Source: Dehalococcoidia bacterium
GTDB taxonomy: Bacteria > Chloroflexota > Dehalococcoidia > Bin125
NCBI GenBank assembly: GCA_965200625.1
Contig: OZ241375.1
Location: forward strand, 2,226,699-2,290,698
DNA: 64,000 nucleotides
Reading direction: 5' to 3'
Shown here: positions 28,057 through 39,631 of the stretch, piece after piece
How positions within the stretch are numbered: position 1 is the stretch's first letter
Layout of the letters: each line of letters begins with the position of its first letter
Made by a program: the position numbers and the translations under genes
Notes under the pieces: model-generated
Told to the model about the DNA's origin: nothing
Seen by the model: only the letters and a program-made list of their open reading frames with translations
The model's database searches: none

Positions 28057-28205
28057 GAGTGGGCTCCCCAGTCGTTGCGCTGATTGCGAATGTCCCCCTC
28101 AGCCTAACGGCGCGTGCGGGATCAGCGGGCCACTGGCGGTAGAGGCCGCCGGCGCTTGGGAAGCTGGCCGGCTGGCGAGCGCGTCAGCAGAAGGCGACCC
28201 CGGTA

Positions 28206-28610
28206 GTGACTGACGAAGGGCATTCATCGCCCGAGACGGATGTGGATGGCTCACTTGTCCCCGACGGAGTTTCGACTCCTGTGGATCATCCAGAGCCTGA
28301 GTCGTCCACTGTTTCGCTTTCGGCGTTCGTCGGCCCGATTCCGAATCCAGATATGTTGGAGAGATACGAGCAGATCCTACCGGGATTTTCGGAGCGATCG
28401 CTCTCTCTGCTGGAGCAGGAGCAGGCGAACCGGTACGACATCGACAAGCGGGGCATGGAACTCTCCGCGAGACATATGGAGCCCGTCACCCGCCGGTTCC
28501 TCATGCTCAGGGCCTCGAATGCGTTGGTGCTCACCATTCTTGGGCTGCTTGGCGCGGCCGTCGCCTTTTGGGCGGGAGGTCCGGCGATCGGGAAAGCGTC
28601 TTGGTCGTAG
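28206..28610 (+). CDS. DUF2335 family membrane protein, often prophage-associated.
   Basis: PNPDMLERYEQILPGFSERSLSLLEQEQANRYD resembles the conserved DUF2335 core, followed by a C-terminal TM helix. GC is ~58%, below background. Confidence 0.55.
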   Translation: MTDEGHSSPETDVDGSLVPDGVSTPVDHPEPESSTVSLSAFVGPIPNPDMLERYEQILPGFSERSLSLLEQEQANRYDIDKRGMELSARHMEPVTRRFLMLRASNALVLTILGLLGAAVAFWAGGPAIGKASWS

Positions 28611-28795
28611 AGGCGGTGGGGATTCTGCTCAATACTCTCGTTTCCAACCTCAAGTCCGACAGAGCTGAGGGCCCTGGGGACACGTCTGAAGACGAGTGAC
28701 TTGAGGGTCTGGCCAAAGCTCGCGCTAGGCTGAGCGAGGTCGCGCGCTGGGGCGGCTCAGGCGGGCGACCGGCGCGGCGGCGACGAACATGGAGG

Positions 28796-29575
28796 TTGGA
28801 CATGGCGGTGACGTATGAGCGCGAGGGGCGGATTGCGACGATCTTGCTGGATCGTCAGCAGGCGCTGAACTCCTTTGACCGCGAGCAGTACGCGGCGTTC
28901 GCCGACGCCTGCGCCCGGTTCCGCGACGATGACGAGGCTTGGGTGGCGATCATCACCGGGGCCGGCGCGCGCGCCTTCTCGGCGGGCGCCGACCTGCGCG
29001 ACATGATCCCGGCGCTGATGGACGAGCCCTCCAAAGAGCGCTTCGATCTGGCCCCGTCGATCATGCGCGGGATGTACATCGCCAAGCCGTTGATCGCGGC
29101 GATCAACGGCTACGCCTTCGGCGGCGGCCTGGAGGTCGCGCTGGCCTGCGATTTGCGGATCGCGGCGCGCGGAGCGCAGATGGGTCAGCCGGAGGTCGGC
29201 CTCGGCTTGCTGCCCGGCTGGGGCGGCACGCAGCGGCTGCCGCGGCTGCTGGGCGAGAGTCGGGCGATGGAGATCATGCTGACCGGCGACCCGTTGACGG
29301 CGGAGCGCGCGCACGAGATCGGTCTGGTGCACCAGGTCGTTGAGGCGGACGAACTCATGTCCGCCGCGCGGGCGATGGCGGAGCGAATCTGCCGCAACGG
29401 ACCGCTGGCGGTGCGCGCCTGCAAGTCGGCGGCAGTGCGCGGGATGCAGACCTCGCTGGACGAGGGCTTGCGGATCGAGCAGCTCTACTTCGAGCGCCTC
29501 GCCTACACGGACGACATGAAGGAAGGCGTCGCCGCCTTCAACGAGCGCCGCCCGGCCCAGTTCACCGGCAGCTAG
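28796..29575 (+). CDS. Enoyl-CoA hydratase/isomerase (crotonase family).
   Basis: ITGAGARAFSAGADL oxyanion hole and AAINGYAFGGGLEVALACDLRIAA. Confidence 0.85.
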   Translation: MDMAVTYEREGRIATILLDRQQALNSFDREQYAAFADACARFRDDDEAWVAIITGAGARAFSAGADLRDMIPALMDEPSKERFDLAPSIMRGMYIAKPLIAAINGYAFGGGLEVALACDLRIAARGAQMGQPEVGLGLLPGWGGTQRLPRLLGESRAMEIMLTGDPLTAERAHEIGLVHQVVEADELMSAARAMAERICRNGPLAVRACKSAAVRGMQTSLDEGLRIEQLYFERLAYTDDMKEGVAAFNERRPAQFTGS

Positions 29576-29581
29576 CGGCGG

Positions 29582-30061
29582 CTACTCCCGATCCGACTGG
29601 TGATTCGCTTCTTCCTCACCCACTTCCGGGTGCGAGTTCCACGTGTCGAACGGTTCTTCGGTCGCTTCGAGACGGATGGCGCGCGAGTCGCCCGGCGCGA
29701 GGTCGCCGGGGGTGGTGGGACCAAGTTCAGCGCCGTTCGAGAGGTGCACTTCGACGCGGACGCGGGTCAGCGCCCCGTCGGTGGTGTTTTCGACGGTTCC
29801 GACGAAGGCGCGCTCGGCGGCCGAGTACTCGAGAATGAGGCGGGAGCCGTTGCGGGTCTGGTCGTAGGTGTCGGTCTTGTCGTACTGCACCGCCGACTCT
29901 TGCTGGTGTTGCTGCTGCCCCTGAGCGTGGCCGCGCTGCTCGCTCTGGCGGCCGCTGTGCTCGTCCTGCCCCTGTTGCCCGTGGCGCGATTCATGGCTCG
30001 AGCAGGCGCCGATCAGCAGCGCAGCGACAAGTAATCCTGCACACGCGATTCGACTTATCAT
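29582..30061 (-). CDS. Lipoprotein with a His/Gln-rich N-terminal segment, function unknown.
   Basis: ATG at 30061 gives MISRIACAGLLVAALLIGACSS, a signal peptide with a lipobox. It is followed by an HESRHGQQGQDEHSGRQSEQRGHAQGQQQHQQ low-complexity region. GC is ~60%. Confidence 0.55.
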   Translation of the reverse strand: MISRIACAGLLVAALLIGACSSHESRHGQQGQDEHSGRQSEQRGHAQGQQQHQQESAVQYDKTDTYDQTRNGSRLILEYSAAERAFVGTVENTTDGALTRVRVEVHLSNGAELGPTTPGDLAPGDSRAIRLEATEEPFDTWNSHPEVGEEEANHQSDRE

Positions 30062-30107
30062 CTGCTTGCTTTCCGCTTGCATCACCTGCGCGGCGAACGT
30101 GCCGCTG

Positions 30108-30967
30108 TCAGGACTCACCGTCTTGGACGCGCATCCGCGCATACAGGACCTGCGGGGTATGATCATCTCCTACGGTACGCAGCTCAAAGATGTCCTGTCT
30201 GGACTTGACCATCCGAGAGAGCTGCGTGAATCCGTAAGAGCGAGGGTCAAAGGCCGGATTCGTTGCGCGCAGGGCGTTTCCAACGTCAGCGAGGTTCGCC
30301 CAGTCGTCGTGCTGGCCCAGAGTGTGTTCGATCGCGCGCTTCACCTGAGCAGGCCAATCGTGCCACGTATCCTCGGCGTCGGAAGTTCTCCACTCGCCAG
30401 ACTTCCAGTCAACACGTGGTTTGTCGGTAGCAAGTTCATTAACCAACGGCTTGTCAGGTGGATCGCCTTCGCCGGTATCATCATCAGTAGTGGAGTTCCG
30501 GACGGAACTCCCAAGTTCTCGGTATGCACGAACCGCTCGCACGCATGCTGGAACGCCTGAGGAGTGTTGCTTCTGCCGATACCCATCACGAACATCCCCT
30601 GTTCGCGGATCCTGATCGCTAGAGGAGTGAAGTCGCTGTCGCTGGAGATGATGCAGAACCCGTCTACGTCGCCGGCGTGGAGTAAGTCCATGGCGTCAAT
30701 GATCATTCCAATGTCGGTCGCATTCTTGCCGGAGGTATAACTGGTCTGATGTATCGGTTGGACCCCGTGCCCGTGCAGCACTTGTCGTTTCCACTGAGAC
30801 ATGTTCGAGCTCGCCCAATCGCCGTAGACACGGCGGATGATGACGTTCCCGTACTTGGTCGTCTCGGCCAGCATCTCCGCAAGCAGCGACGGTTGGGCGT
30901 TGTCGCCGTCGATCAGCATCGCGAGCCGCTTTGCTCTTGCTGGTTCTTCCGGCATTCCCGGCTCCAT
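30108..30967 (-). pseudogene. NYN-domain / OST-HTH (LOTUS) protein split by a frameshift into two overlapping ORFs.
   Basis: ORF 30341..30967 carries a NYN (LabA-like) domain: LAMLIDGDNAQ...DIGMIIDAMDL...FCIISSDSDFTPLAIRIREQGMFVMGIG...ACERFVHTENL. ORF 30108..30542, in a different frame, carries an OST-HTH-like WANLADVGNALRATNPAFDPRSYGFTQLSRMVKSRQDIFEL. In intact genes the two domains are fused. GC is ~55%. Confidence 0.6.
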
Positions 30968-30986
30968 TCACTCTGATTTCGGGCCG

Positions 30987-31466
30987 TTAGAACTGCCAGC
31001 GGGTGGCGGTGTTGGGGAAGGTGGATTCTGTCCAGGCGAGCGCTTTGCTCAGCTTGAGGCGGAAGACGGGGAGCTGGTCTGCGCCCCAGGGCATGTCGTA
31101 CTTCTTGGCGAAGGCGGCGATGCTGGCGGCGTTGGGCTCCCGCAGCTCGAACTCGCCCTCGAGGATGACGACCTCATCGCCTGACTCCAGGTTGACGACA
31201 GCCTGCGGATTGCGCTGCAGGTTGTGCGCCGTGATGCTGCGCGGATCGGTGACGAACCAGAACGCCTCCTCCGCCCAGACGCCCCAGACGGGAATCGAGT
31301 GCGGTTTGCCGGAGGGCGCGGCGGTCACGATCCAGTAGTTGCGCGAGTCGGTCAGCCTGCGGGTCGTGTCATCCCACGACAGCGGCGTGAACGGATACTG
31401 CTCCAGCCCGACGCCGAAGGAGTCGGGCATGTGCGGCCGATCGGGCTCGGGGACGCGCAGGCTCAT
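30987..31466 (-). CDS. Pyridoxamine 5'-phosphate oxidase (PNPOx)-like FMN/F420-binding split-barrel protein.
   Basis: RNYWIVTAAPSGKPHSIPVWGVW...AVVNLESGDEVVILEGEFEL pattern of the PNPOx-like fold. Confidence 0.7.
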   Translation of the reverse strand: MSLRVPEPDRPHMPDSFGVGLEQYPFTPLSWDDTTRRLTDSRNYWIVTAAPSGKPHSIPVWGVWAEEAFWFVTDPRSITAHNLQRNPQAVVNLESGDEVVILEGEFELREPNAASIAAFAKKYDMPWGADQLPVFRLKLSKALAWTESTFPNTATRWQF

Positions 31467-31476
31467 GCTTCGTCCT

Positions 31477-31899
31477 CTATTCGTCCTCTGAGTGGTCGGC
31501 GAGGGCGTCGTAGGTGCCGAGATGCCAGTGGTTGCCCTCGTAGTCGGCGACGGTGAAGGCGTGGGAACCGTAGTCGGTGTCGGTCAACGGTTGGACGACC
31601 GTCGCGCCGGCGGCCACGGCGCGGGCGAAGACCGCGTCGACCTGCTCGGCCGACTCGGCGGTCATGCTGATGGATCCGTGTCGGTGAGGCAGGTCGTACG
31701 GGTCGCCCTGCACCTCGCCGAGCATGACCAGCGAGCCGCGCCACGCCAGCTGGGCGTGCTCGACGCGGCCCGCCTCATCGCGCACGACGAAGTGCTCGGT
31801 AATGCCGAAGGCGTCGGCCAACCACTCGATGGCGCGGTTCGCGTCCGCGTAGCGCAGGCTGGGAATGATGGTCTGGTGACTCACGTTCGCTCCGTTCAA
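31477..31899 (-). CDS. VOC (glyoxalase/bleomycin-resistance) family protein.
   Basis: IIPSLRYADANRAIEWLADAFGF...HAQLAWRGSLVMLGE...GNHWHLGTY is typical of VOC domain proteins. Confidence 0.75.
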   Translation of the reverse strand: MNGANVSHQTIIPSLRYADANRAIEWLADAFGITEHFVVRDEAGRVEHAQLAWRGSLVMLGEVQGDPYDLPHRHGSISMTAESAEQVDAVFARAVAAGATVVQPLTDTDYGSHAFTVADYEGNHWHLGTYDALADHSEDE

Positions 31900-31936
31900 T
31901 TCTCGGATCTCTGGTCTTCACCTTAGTCGGGCGGGG

Positions 31937-34027
<2,091 letters not shown>

Positions 34028-34556
34028 AGTCCAACCTTAACAGCGAGCGCCCGCGCCCAGCGTGGGCAGGCTCTGCACCGTCGCGGTCAGAGCGCGTCGG
34101 GGCGACACGGGGGCGTTCACGGGGCGTTCAAGTGGCGTACTCGGGGTGCGCGTCCAGCAGAGCGGCCCAGAACTGTTCGCGCTCGGGCTGAGCCAGCCCT
34201 CCTGCAGGGCGTCAATCGCGGCGGCGAGATTGGCGTCCCCGAGTGACACGCGATAGTGCTCGGCCAGGTATGCCCAGAAGGCCCGCTCGGTCGCGGCCCA
34301 GCTCGGCTCGGACTCGTTGCAGGCGCTGGCCGCGAGGCCGACGGCGACGATGGCGCTGAGCGGCTGCACCGCGCCGCCATGCCCGCCGCTGGGGGCGGCT
34401 CGGGAGGGGCTGAATTTGGGCCTGCACGCGGGCCGCCGATCCGTTGCCAATGCTCAGTGATTCACGCTGAATTATGCCGAATTGGCACGTGTCCGCCGCC
34501 GTGCTGAGACTGGCTGTTAGTGTGGCGCTCGAATCTGCGGCGGGAATGGGGAGGCG

Positions 34557-35312
34557 TTGGTGCAGAGTCCGATTGAGCAGCTGTTGGCGCCGCTGGGACG
34601 CGGTCTGCGCCCGGTGCTGGGGTTGCTGCGGCTCGATCGGGCGAGCAACCAGGCGACCGCGCGGCAGCTCATGGCGGAAGTGCTGGGCACGTTCGGGCTG
34701 GTGCTGTTCTGCGCGGGTTCGGCGCACGTCAACTGGTGGTCGGGCGGACAGCTGGGCGCGTTGGGCGTAGGGCTGGTCAACGGTTTCGGCGTGGCGGTGA
34801 TGATCTTCAGCTTCTGGGCGATCTCGGGCGCGCACCTCAATCCGGCGGTCTCGCTCGGCCTCTGGCTGAGCGGTCGGCTGCCCGGCCGCCGGCTGGCGCC
34901 CTACGTCGCCGCGCAGCTGGCCGGCGCGCTGATCGCCTCCTCCGTGATGCACGGCCTGTTCCGCAATCACACCGGCGAGGGCGAATCCTGGCTGGGCGCG
35001 AACTTCAGCGACGGCCCGCTGATCCAGGCGTTTGGCGCCGAGATCGTGATCACCTTCTTCCTCGTCTACGCGATCCTGCTGCTGGCCGAGCGCGGGCGCG
35101 GCGCGACCGTCTTTGCCCTGGCGGTCGGCCTCTACGTCGCGGCGGCGGTGACGATGGCGGGCGGCGTGTCGGGCGCGTCAATGAATCCCGCCCGCGCCTT
35201 CGGCCCGGCGGCGATCGCCTGGTTCTGGGATGACCACTGGATCTACTGGGTCGCCCCGGCCCTGGGCGCGTTGTTCGCCGCGATCTTCCACGCCGTCCTG
35301 CGCGAGCGCTAG
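34557..35312 (+). CDS. MIP/aquaporin family channel.
   Basis: Two NPA boxes (SGAHLNPAVS and SGASMNPARAF) and six TM segments. The real start may be the internal MAEVLGTF (~34674). Confidence 0.85.
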   Translation: MVQSPIEQLLAPLGRGLRPVLGLLRLDRASNQATARQLMAEVLGTFGLVLFCAGSAHVNWWSGGQLGALGVGLVNGFGVAVMIFSFWAISGAHLNPAVSLGLWLSGRLPGRRLAPYVAAQLAGALIASSVMHGLFRNHTGEGESWLGANFSDGPLIQAFGAEIVITFFLVYAILLLAERGRGATVFALAVGLYVAAAVTMAGGVSGASMNPARAFGPAAIAWFWDDHWIYWVAPALGALFAAIFHAVLRER

Positions 35313-35944
35313 CTCTCGATGCCGGCGGCGCGCAGCGCGATGCGCAGGGCTTTGTAGTTGTTGCGGGTGAAGTGGTAGCCGCCCATCCCGACCGCCTGCG
35401 CGCCGAGCACGTTTTCCTCGAGGTCGTCAATGAAAAAGCACTGGGCGGACGGCACGCCGATTGCCTCGGCCGCGTGGTGGAAGATCCTGGGGTCGGGCTT
35501 GCGCAGGCCGATCTCGCCGGAGACCACGATCGCGTCCCAGTCGATCGCGACCGGCAGATTGTTGAGGAAGCGTTCGCGGAGGTCGTCGGGCGCGTTGGAG
35601 AGCACGCCGATCTTGTGGCCGTGAGCCTGGAGGTCGCGGGCAAGCTCGAAGTTGGGGTGGTGATACTGCCAGGGCTGGGCGTACCAGGCGTCGAGCAGGT
35701 TCTGGACCTCGGCCGCGGCGTCACCCCGCAGGTAGGGCGCGAGGCGCTGTTCGACCCCGCGCTGCCAGGTGTCCCAGTTGCCCCGCCCGGTCTCGATCGC
35801 GTGCCACTCGGGCGTGCGGTAGAAGGCGTCGATCAACGCGCCGGGCGGCAGATTCCACTGCTTGCCGAACTCGTCGTAGCCGTCCCAGTCCATGCGGATC
35901 AGAACACCGCCAAAATCGAACAGTACTGCGCGCTGGGTCATCAC
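35309..35944 (-). CDS. HAD-superfamily hydrolase.
   Basis: AVLFDFGGVL (DxG motif I), SNAP (motif II) and FIDDLEENV (motif IV). Confidence 0.8.
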   Translation of the reverse strand: MMTQRAVLFDFGGVLIRMDWDGYDEFGKQWNLPPGALIDAFYRTPEWHAIETGRGNWDTWQRGVEQRLAPYLRGDAAAEVQNLLDAWYAQPWQYHHPNFELARDLQAHGHKIGVLSNAPDDLRERFLNNLPVAIDWDAIVVSGEIGLRKPDPRIFHHAAEAIGVPSAQCFFIDDLEENVLGAQAVGMGGYHFTRNNYKALRIALRAAGIES

Positions 35945-37275
35945 GATGCCTCCTCAAGCGGGCTGCCCACCGCGAGTCTATGGGCGATGCCGATCAAGCG
36001 GTCAGCAGCGACGGCGAAGGGCCGGTCTCGACCCCACTGCGCGGCGGCCTGGCGGTGACGGGCGAGCGCGCCGGTCTCGTCGGCGTGGAGCGCGCGGCGG
36101 ATCGCGGCGGCGAAGGCGCGGGCGCGGGGCGCGGCGATCCAGCCGTGGCGGTCGTCAACCGTCGCCTGCGCGCCGGCGTGCGGCGCGGCGATCACGGGCG
36201 TACCGCTGGCCAGCGCCTGGGCGATCGTCAGGCCGTAGGCCTCGTAGTAGCTGGGCGAGAGGAAGGTGTCAGCGGCGGCGAACAGCCGCCATTTCTGCTC
36301 GCCCGAGACATAACCGACAAAGTGCGCCTCCACCCGCGAAAGGGACGCAGCGGCGCGGCGCAGTTTGCGCTCATAGGCCGCGCCGCCCATGTAGGCCGGC
36401 GCACCGGCGATGATCAGCTGGAGCCGCTCCGCGGTCGAGGGCGACTGCCGTTCAATCAGGCGGAGCGCGTCGAGCGCGAGTTCGATCCATTTTTCGGGCG
36501 CGATGCGGCTCAAGGTGAGCAGGGTGAAGCGGTTCGGGTCCGCGCCGAGCTCGCGCAGCGTCTGGCGGCGCTGCTCGCGCAGGCTGGGATCGGCGGGGCC
36601 AATCACGCCCCAGGGCACGATCTGCGTGCGCCGCGCGACGCCGCTGCCGGGATAGCAGTCGGCGAGCGAGCGGGCGACGGCCGCAGAGGGCGCGATCGGC
36701 GCATCCACGCTGCGCGCCAGATCGCCCTCTTTGGGCCAGACGAGGCGGGCAACGTTGGGGGTGTAGCTGGTGAGGCCGCGCCGCTCCGCCGCGCGCCAGA
36801 GCGCGGCGAGGTGGCGGCCCTGCAGGGGAATGCGGGTCGGCTGGGAGATGTAGCGGCGGCTGAAGAACTCGCTGACGATGATGTGCAACAGCGCGATCTG
36901 GCGAAAGCCGTTCGCCTGCAGCAGCGCGAAGGGCGGCCCCTCCGAGGTGTCGTTGGCGAGGACCACGGAGTCAGTCGGGTCAATGTCCGCGAAGTACTCG
37001 GCGAGCGCCGCCTCCCATTCGAGCGCGAATCGAGCGTAGGCGCGGGCGTTGAGCTTGAGGATGCGCTCCGGCTCGGCGCGCGCGAGGGTCGGCACGGACA
37101 GCTGCTGGCGGATGCCCTCGCGCTGCTCGGCGGCGGCGGGCGTGAGCAGGGTGACATCGAAGCCGGCGTCCCCGAGCTGCGGGAGCAGCGCTTCCAGCAC
37201 CGCGACGCCGCCGCCGACGGGGGCGGCGTCGGTGGTCAGAGCGCCAGTCGCGCTGCAGAGAAAGATGCGCGGCAT
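35941..37275 (-). CDS. Glycosyltransferase family 4 (GT-B, group 1).
   Basis: C-terminal ...SYYEAYGLTIAQALASGTPVIAA... (E-x7-E region) and the overall GT4 layout. Confidence 0.8.
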   Translation of the reverse strand: MPRIFLCSATGALTTDAAPVGGGVAVLEALLPQLGDAGFDVTLLTPAAAEQREGIRQQLSVPTLARAEPERILKLNARAYARFALEWEAALAEYFADIDPTDSVVLANDTSEGPPFALLQANGFRQIALLHIIVSEFFSRRYISQPTRIPLQGRHLAALWRAAERRGLTSYTPNVARLVWPKEGDLARSVDAPIAPSAAVARSLADCYPGSGVARRTQIVPWGVIGPADPSLREQRRQTLRELGADPNRFTLLTLSRIAPEKWIELALDALRLIERQSPSTAERLQLIIAGAPAYMGGAAYERKLRRAAASLSRVEAHFVGYVSGEQKWRLFAAADTFLSPSYYEAYGLTIAQALASGTPVIAAPHAGAQATVDDRHGWIAAPRARAFAAAIRRALHADETGALARHRQAAAQWGRDRPFAVAADRLIGIAHRLAVGSPLEEAS

Positions 37276-37355
37276 ACAGCGAGCGTATTCGCTGGAGCAC
37301 GGGGCGGCGCGGATAGCCTGTCAGACAACTGAGACAGTGAGCGGAGGGCAGCGGC

Positions 37356-38297
37356 ATGGCGCTGACATACGAGCGGTTGGACGGGCTGATGGCAGCGCAG
37401 GTGACGCCGTTTACGGCGGGCGGGCGCGAGGTTGACGTGGACTGGATTGGGGAGCACGTCGACTGGATGCGGACGATGGGGATCACCGGCATCCTCACGC
37501 TGGGTACCAACGGCGAGGGCCCCTCGGTGGGGCTGGACGAGCGCCGACGGGTGGTCGAGGCGGTCAAGCGGGCGTCGCGCGGGATCGGCGGCGGACTCGT
37601 CGTGGTTGCCGGAGCAACCTGCCCCTCGCTGCCCGATACGATCCGCGCCGCCAACGAGGCGCTCGACGCGGGCGCGGACGCGGTCGCGCTGCTGCCGCCA
37701 TTCTTCTTCAAGAACGTCGATGAACGCGGGCTGATCGACTGGTTCAGCGCGGTGATCGAGTCGCTGCCGCCGCAGGGTCGGGTGCTGCTCTACAACATGC
37801 CAGCCCAGGCCGGGATCGACATTCCCGACGCGGTACTGCGGGTCGTGCTGGCGCGGCATCCCGAGCAGTTGATGGGAATCAAGGACTCCGGCGGCGACGC
37901 GGAGCGCACCAGGCGCTACATGGCCCAGGTACTGGCGGAGGGGCCGGGCGCGGAGTTCCGCGTCATGGCCGGTTCCGACGCGGCGCACGCCGCGCTCTAC
38001 CAGGCGGGCTGCGTGGGAGGCGTCTCGGGGATGGCGAACGCGGTGCCGGCGCTGGTCAAGACGATCCAGTTCGCCCACCGCGAGGGAGGCGAGCCGCAGC
38101 GCCCGCAGGCTCAACTCAACGAGCTGCACGCGATCCTCAACCTCTTCCCCCGCGTCGGCGCGCTGAAGCAGCTGATCAACATCACGAGCGGTCTACCGCT
38201 GACGCACACGCGCCCGCCCTACCGCGACCTCGATCCGCACGAGATGCGGGCGCTGGAGGAGGCCGTCGGCCAGTACCTGCTCGGCGAGGCGGTCTGA
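37356..38297 (+). CDS. Dihydrodipicolinate synthase family (DapA/NAL-like) class I aldolase/lyase.
   Basis: AAQVTPFTAGG...ILTLGTNGEG...LLYNMPAQAGIDI...IKDSGGD. The Schiff-base lysine context is conserved. Confidence 0.8.
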   Translation: MALTYERLDGLMAAQVTPFTAGGREVDVDWIGEHVDWMRTMGITGILTLGTNGEGPSVGLDERRRVVEAVKRASRGIGGGLVVVAGATCPSLPDTIRAANEALDAGADAVALLPPFFFKNVDERGLIDWFSAVIESLPPQGRVLLYNMPAQAGIDIPDAVLRVVLARHPEQLMGIKDSGGDAERTRRYMAQVLAEGPGAEFRVMAGSDAAHAALYQAGCVGGVSGMANAVPALVKTIQFAHREGGEPQRPQAQLNELHAILNLFPRVGALKQLINITSGLPLTHTRPPYRDLDPHEMRALEEAVGQYLLGEAV

Positions 38298-38346
38298 GCC
38301 GTCGGTCAAGCCCGGCCGCGATGAGCCGTGAGCCGCCGCTGGAGCG

Positions 38347-39603
38347 CTAGAAGTGGTTCATGCAGTGCATGGCGTACTCGGTGGCGAAGAGGTGATCGGC
38401 GCGGAGCAGCGCCGCCGAGTCGGCGGCCTCAATCCGCCCGAGGCGGTGCTCGTAGCTCGCCGGCAGCGCGCCGGTCGCCAGATGCGCCAGCGTGAAGATA
38501 TCCAGCGTCAGCTCCGGTGAGGCGTCAACCTGGCGAATGTCAGCGCCCTCCGGCCCGGTGGAGAGTTTCCAGGTGCCCTGGTTCCAGTCGCAGAGGTCGT
38601 CGAGGACGCGGAAGGTGAGCTCGGACTCGACCGGGTAGCGGCGGATCATCAACGCACGGGGCAGGTCGACGATGCGCACAAGGATGCCGTCGGCGATGTT
38701 GACGCGCAGCGTGCGCGGATCGCGGGCGAAGTGCTGGATCGGGTCGTCGGCGGGCGCGTCGGCGAGGTGAATGCGGTAGGTAAGGTCCTGGCTGGCGGCG
38801 AACTGCCACATGGCGACGTAGGCCGCGGGGCTGAGCCAGCCGTGCTCGCGGATCGTCATCACATGGTCGCGCTGACCGGCGGTAAACGGATTCACCGTGC
38901 GATCTTCGCGGCTCGTGTAGACCATGTAGCCCAGCGCCTCGCCGTCCTCCTCGTAGAGCAGCACGCGCACAGGGCCTTCGGTGATGTCCTCCGGCTCCGA
39001 CAGCACTTCCGCGTTCCAGAGGTTGAGGCCGCGGTGCAGCAGTCCGTTGCGCGGCTGCATGAACTGGCGGTAGAGGTCGCGGATCACGGCGGCGTTGTCG
39101 GGCAGATCCTTGGCGTTGACAACGCTGAGTGAGCCGCTGGGGCTGGGCGCGTGGACGAAGTTGAGGTCCTGCGGGTCGATTTCATAGCGCACCCGCCGCG
39201 AGCAGATCGCGTAGCCGAAGCGCTGATAGATGCCCGCCTGCGAGGCGTAGAGCGCGGCCAGCGACTGCCCGCGCTCGTACTGCTCGTCGAGCGAGTGTTC
39301 CATGGCGAAGCGCAGGTAGCCGCGCCGCCGTTTGGTCGGGTCGGTGCCGACGGCGGTGACGCCGGCAACGTGGGCGCGCTCGCCGTTGAAGCGCATCGAG
39401 AACGGCCACGCGCCGAAGGTGGTCGAGAGCGCGCCGTGCTCAAACACGCAGGTCGACCACTCGGGCTGAAGGAAGGTGACCGGGTCGCGCATCGGGTTGC
39501 CGTGCTCCTGCAGGGCGAGGTTGGCGATGAAGCGGAAGTCCTCCATCTCTTCGGCGTTGGCGGCGCGGACTTCGACTCCGGCGGGGATTTCGCGGCGCGG
39601 CAT
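38347..39603 (-). CDS. Eis-like GNAT N-acetyltransferase (tandem GNAT plus SCP2-like C-terminal domain).
   Basis: FRFIANLALQEH...AGVTAVGTDPTKRRRGYLRFAMEHSL...GQSLAALYASQAGIYQRFGY match the Eis (enhanced intracellular survival) architecture. 418 aa. Confidence 0.8.
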   Translation of the reverse strand: MPRREIPAGVEVRAANAEEMEDFRFIANLALQEHGNPMRDPVTFLQPEWSTCVFEHGALSTTFGAWPFSMRFNGERAHVAGVTAVGTDPTKRRRGYLRFAMEHSLDEQYERGQSLAALYASQAGIYQRFGYAICSRRVRYEIDPQDLNFVHAPSPSGSLSVVNAKDLPDNAAVIRDLYRQFMQPRNGLLHRGLNLWNAEVLSEPEDITEGPVRVLLYEEDGEALGYMVYTSREDRTVNPFTAGQRDHVMTIREHGWLSPAAYVAMWQFAASQDLTYRIHLADAPADDPIQHFARDPRTLRVNIADGILVRIVDLPRALMIRRYPVESELTFRVLDDLCDWNQGTWKLSTGPEGADIRQVDASPELTLDIFTLAHLATGALPASYEHRLGRIEAADSAALLRADHLFATEYAMHCMNHF

Positions 39604-39631
39604 GGTGACCTCCCTGAAGCATTCTGTCGCT

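Noticed and set aside
34037-34450. A 137 aa minus-strand ORF with a lipoprotein-like segment (SAIVAVGLAASACNESEPSW...).
   Set aside because: The N- and C-terminal portions are Arg/Pro/Ser-rich and look non-coding. Only ~60 aa look protein-like, so it was too uncertain to list as a feature. It could be a small lipoprotein with a mis-called frame, or noise.
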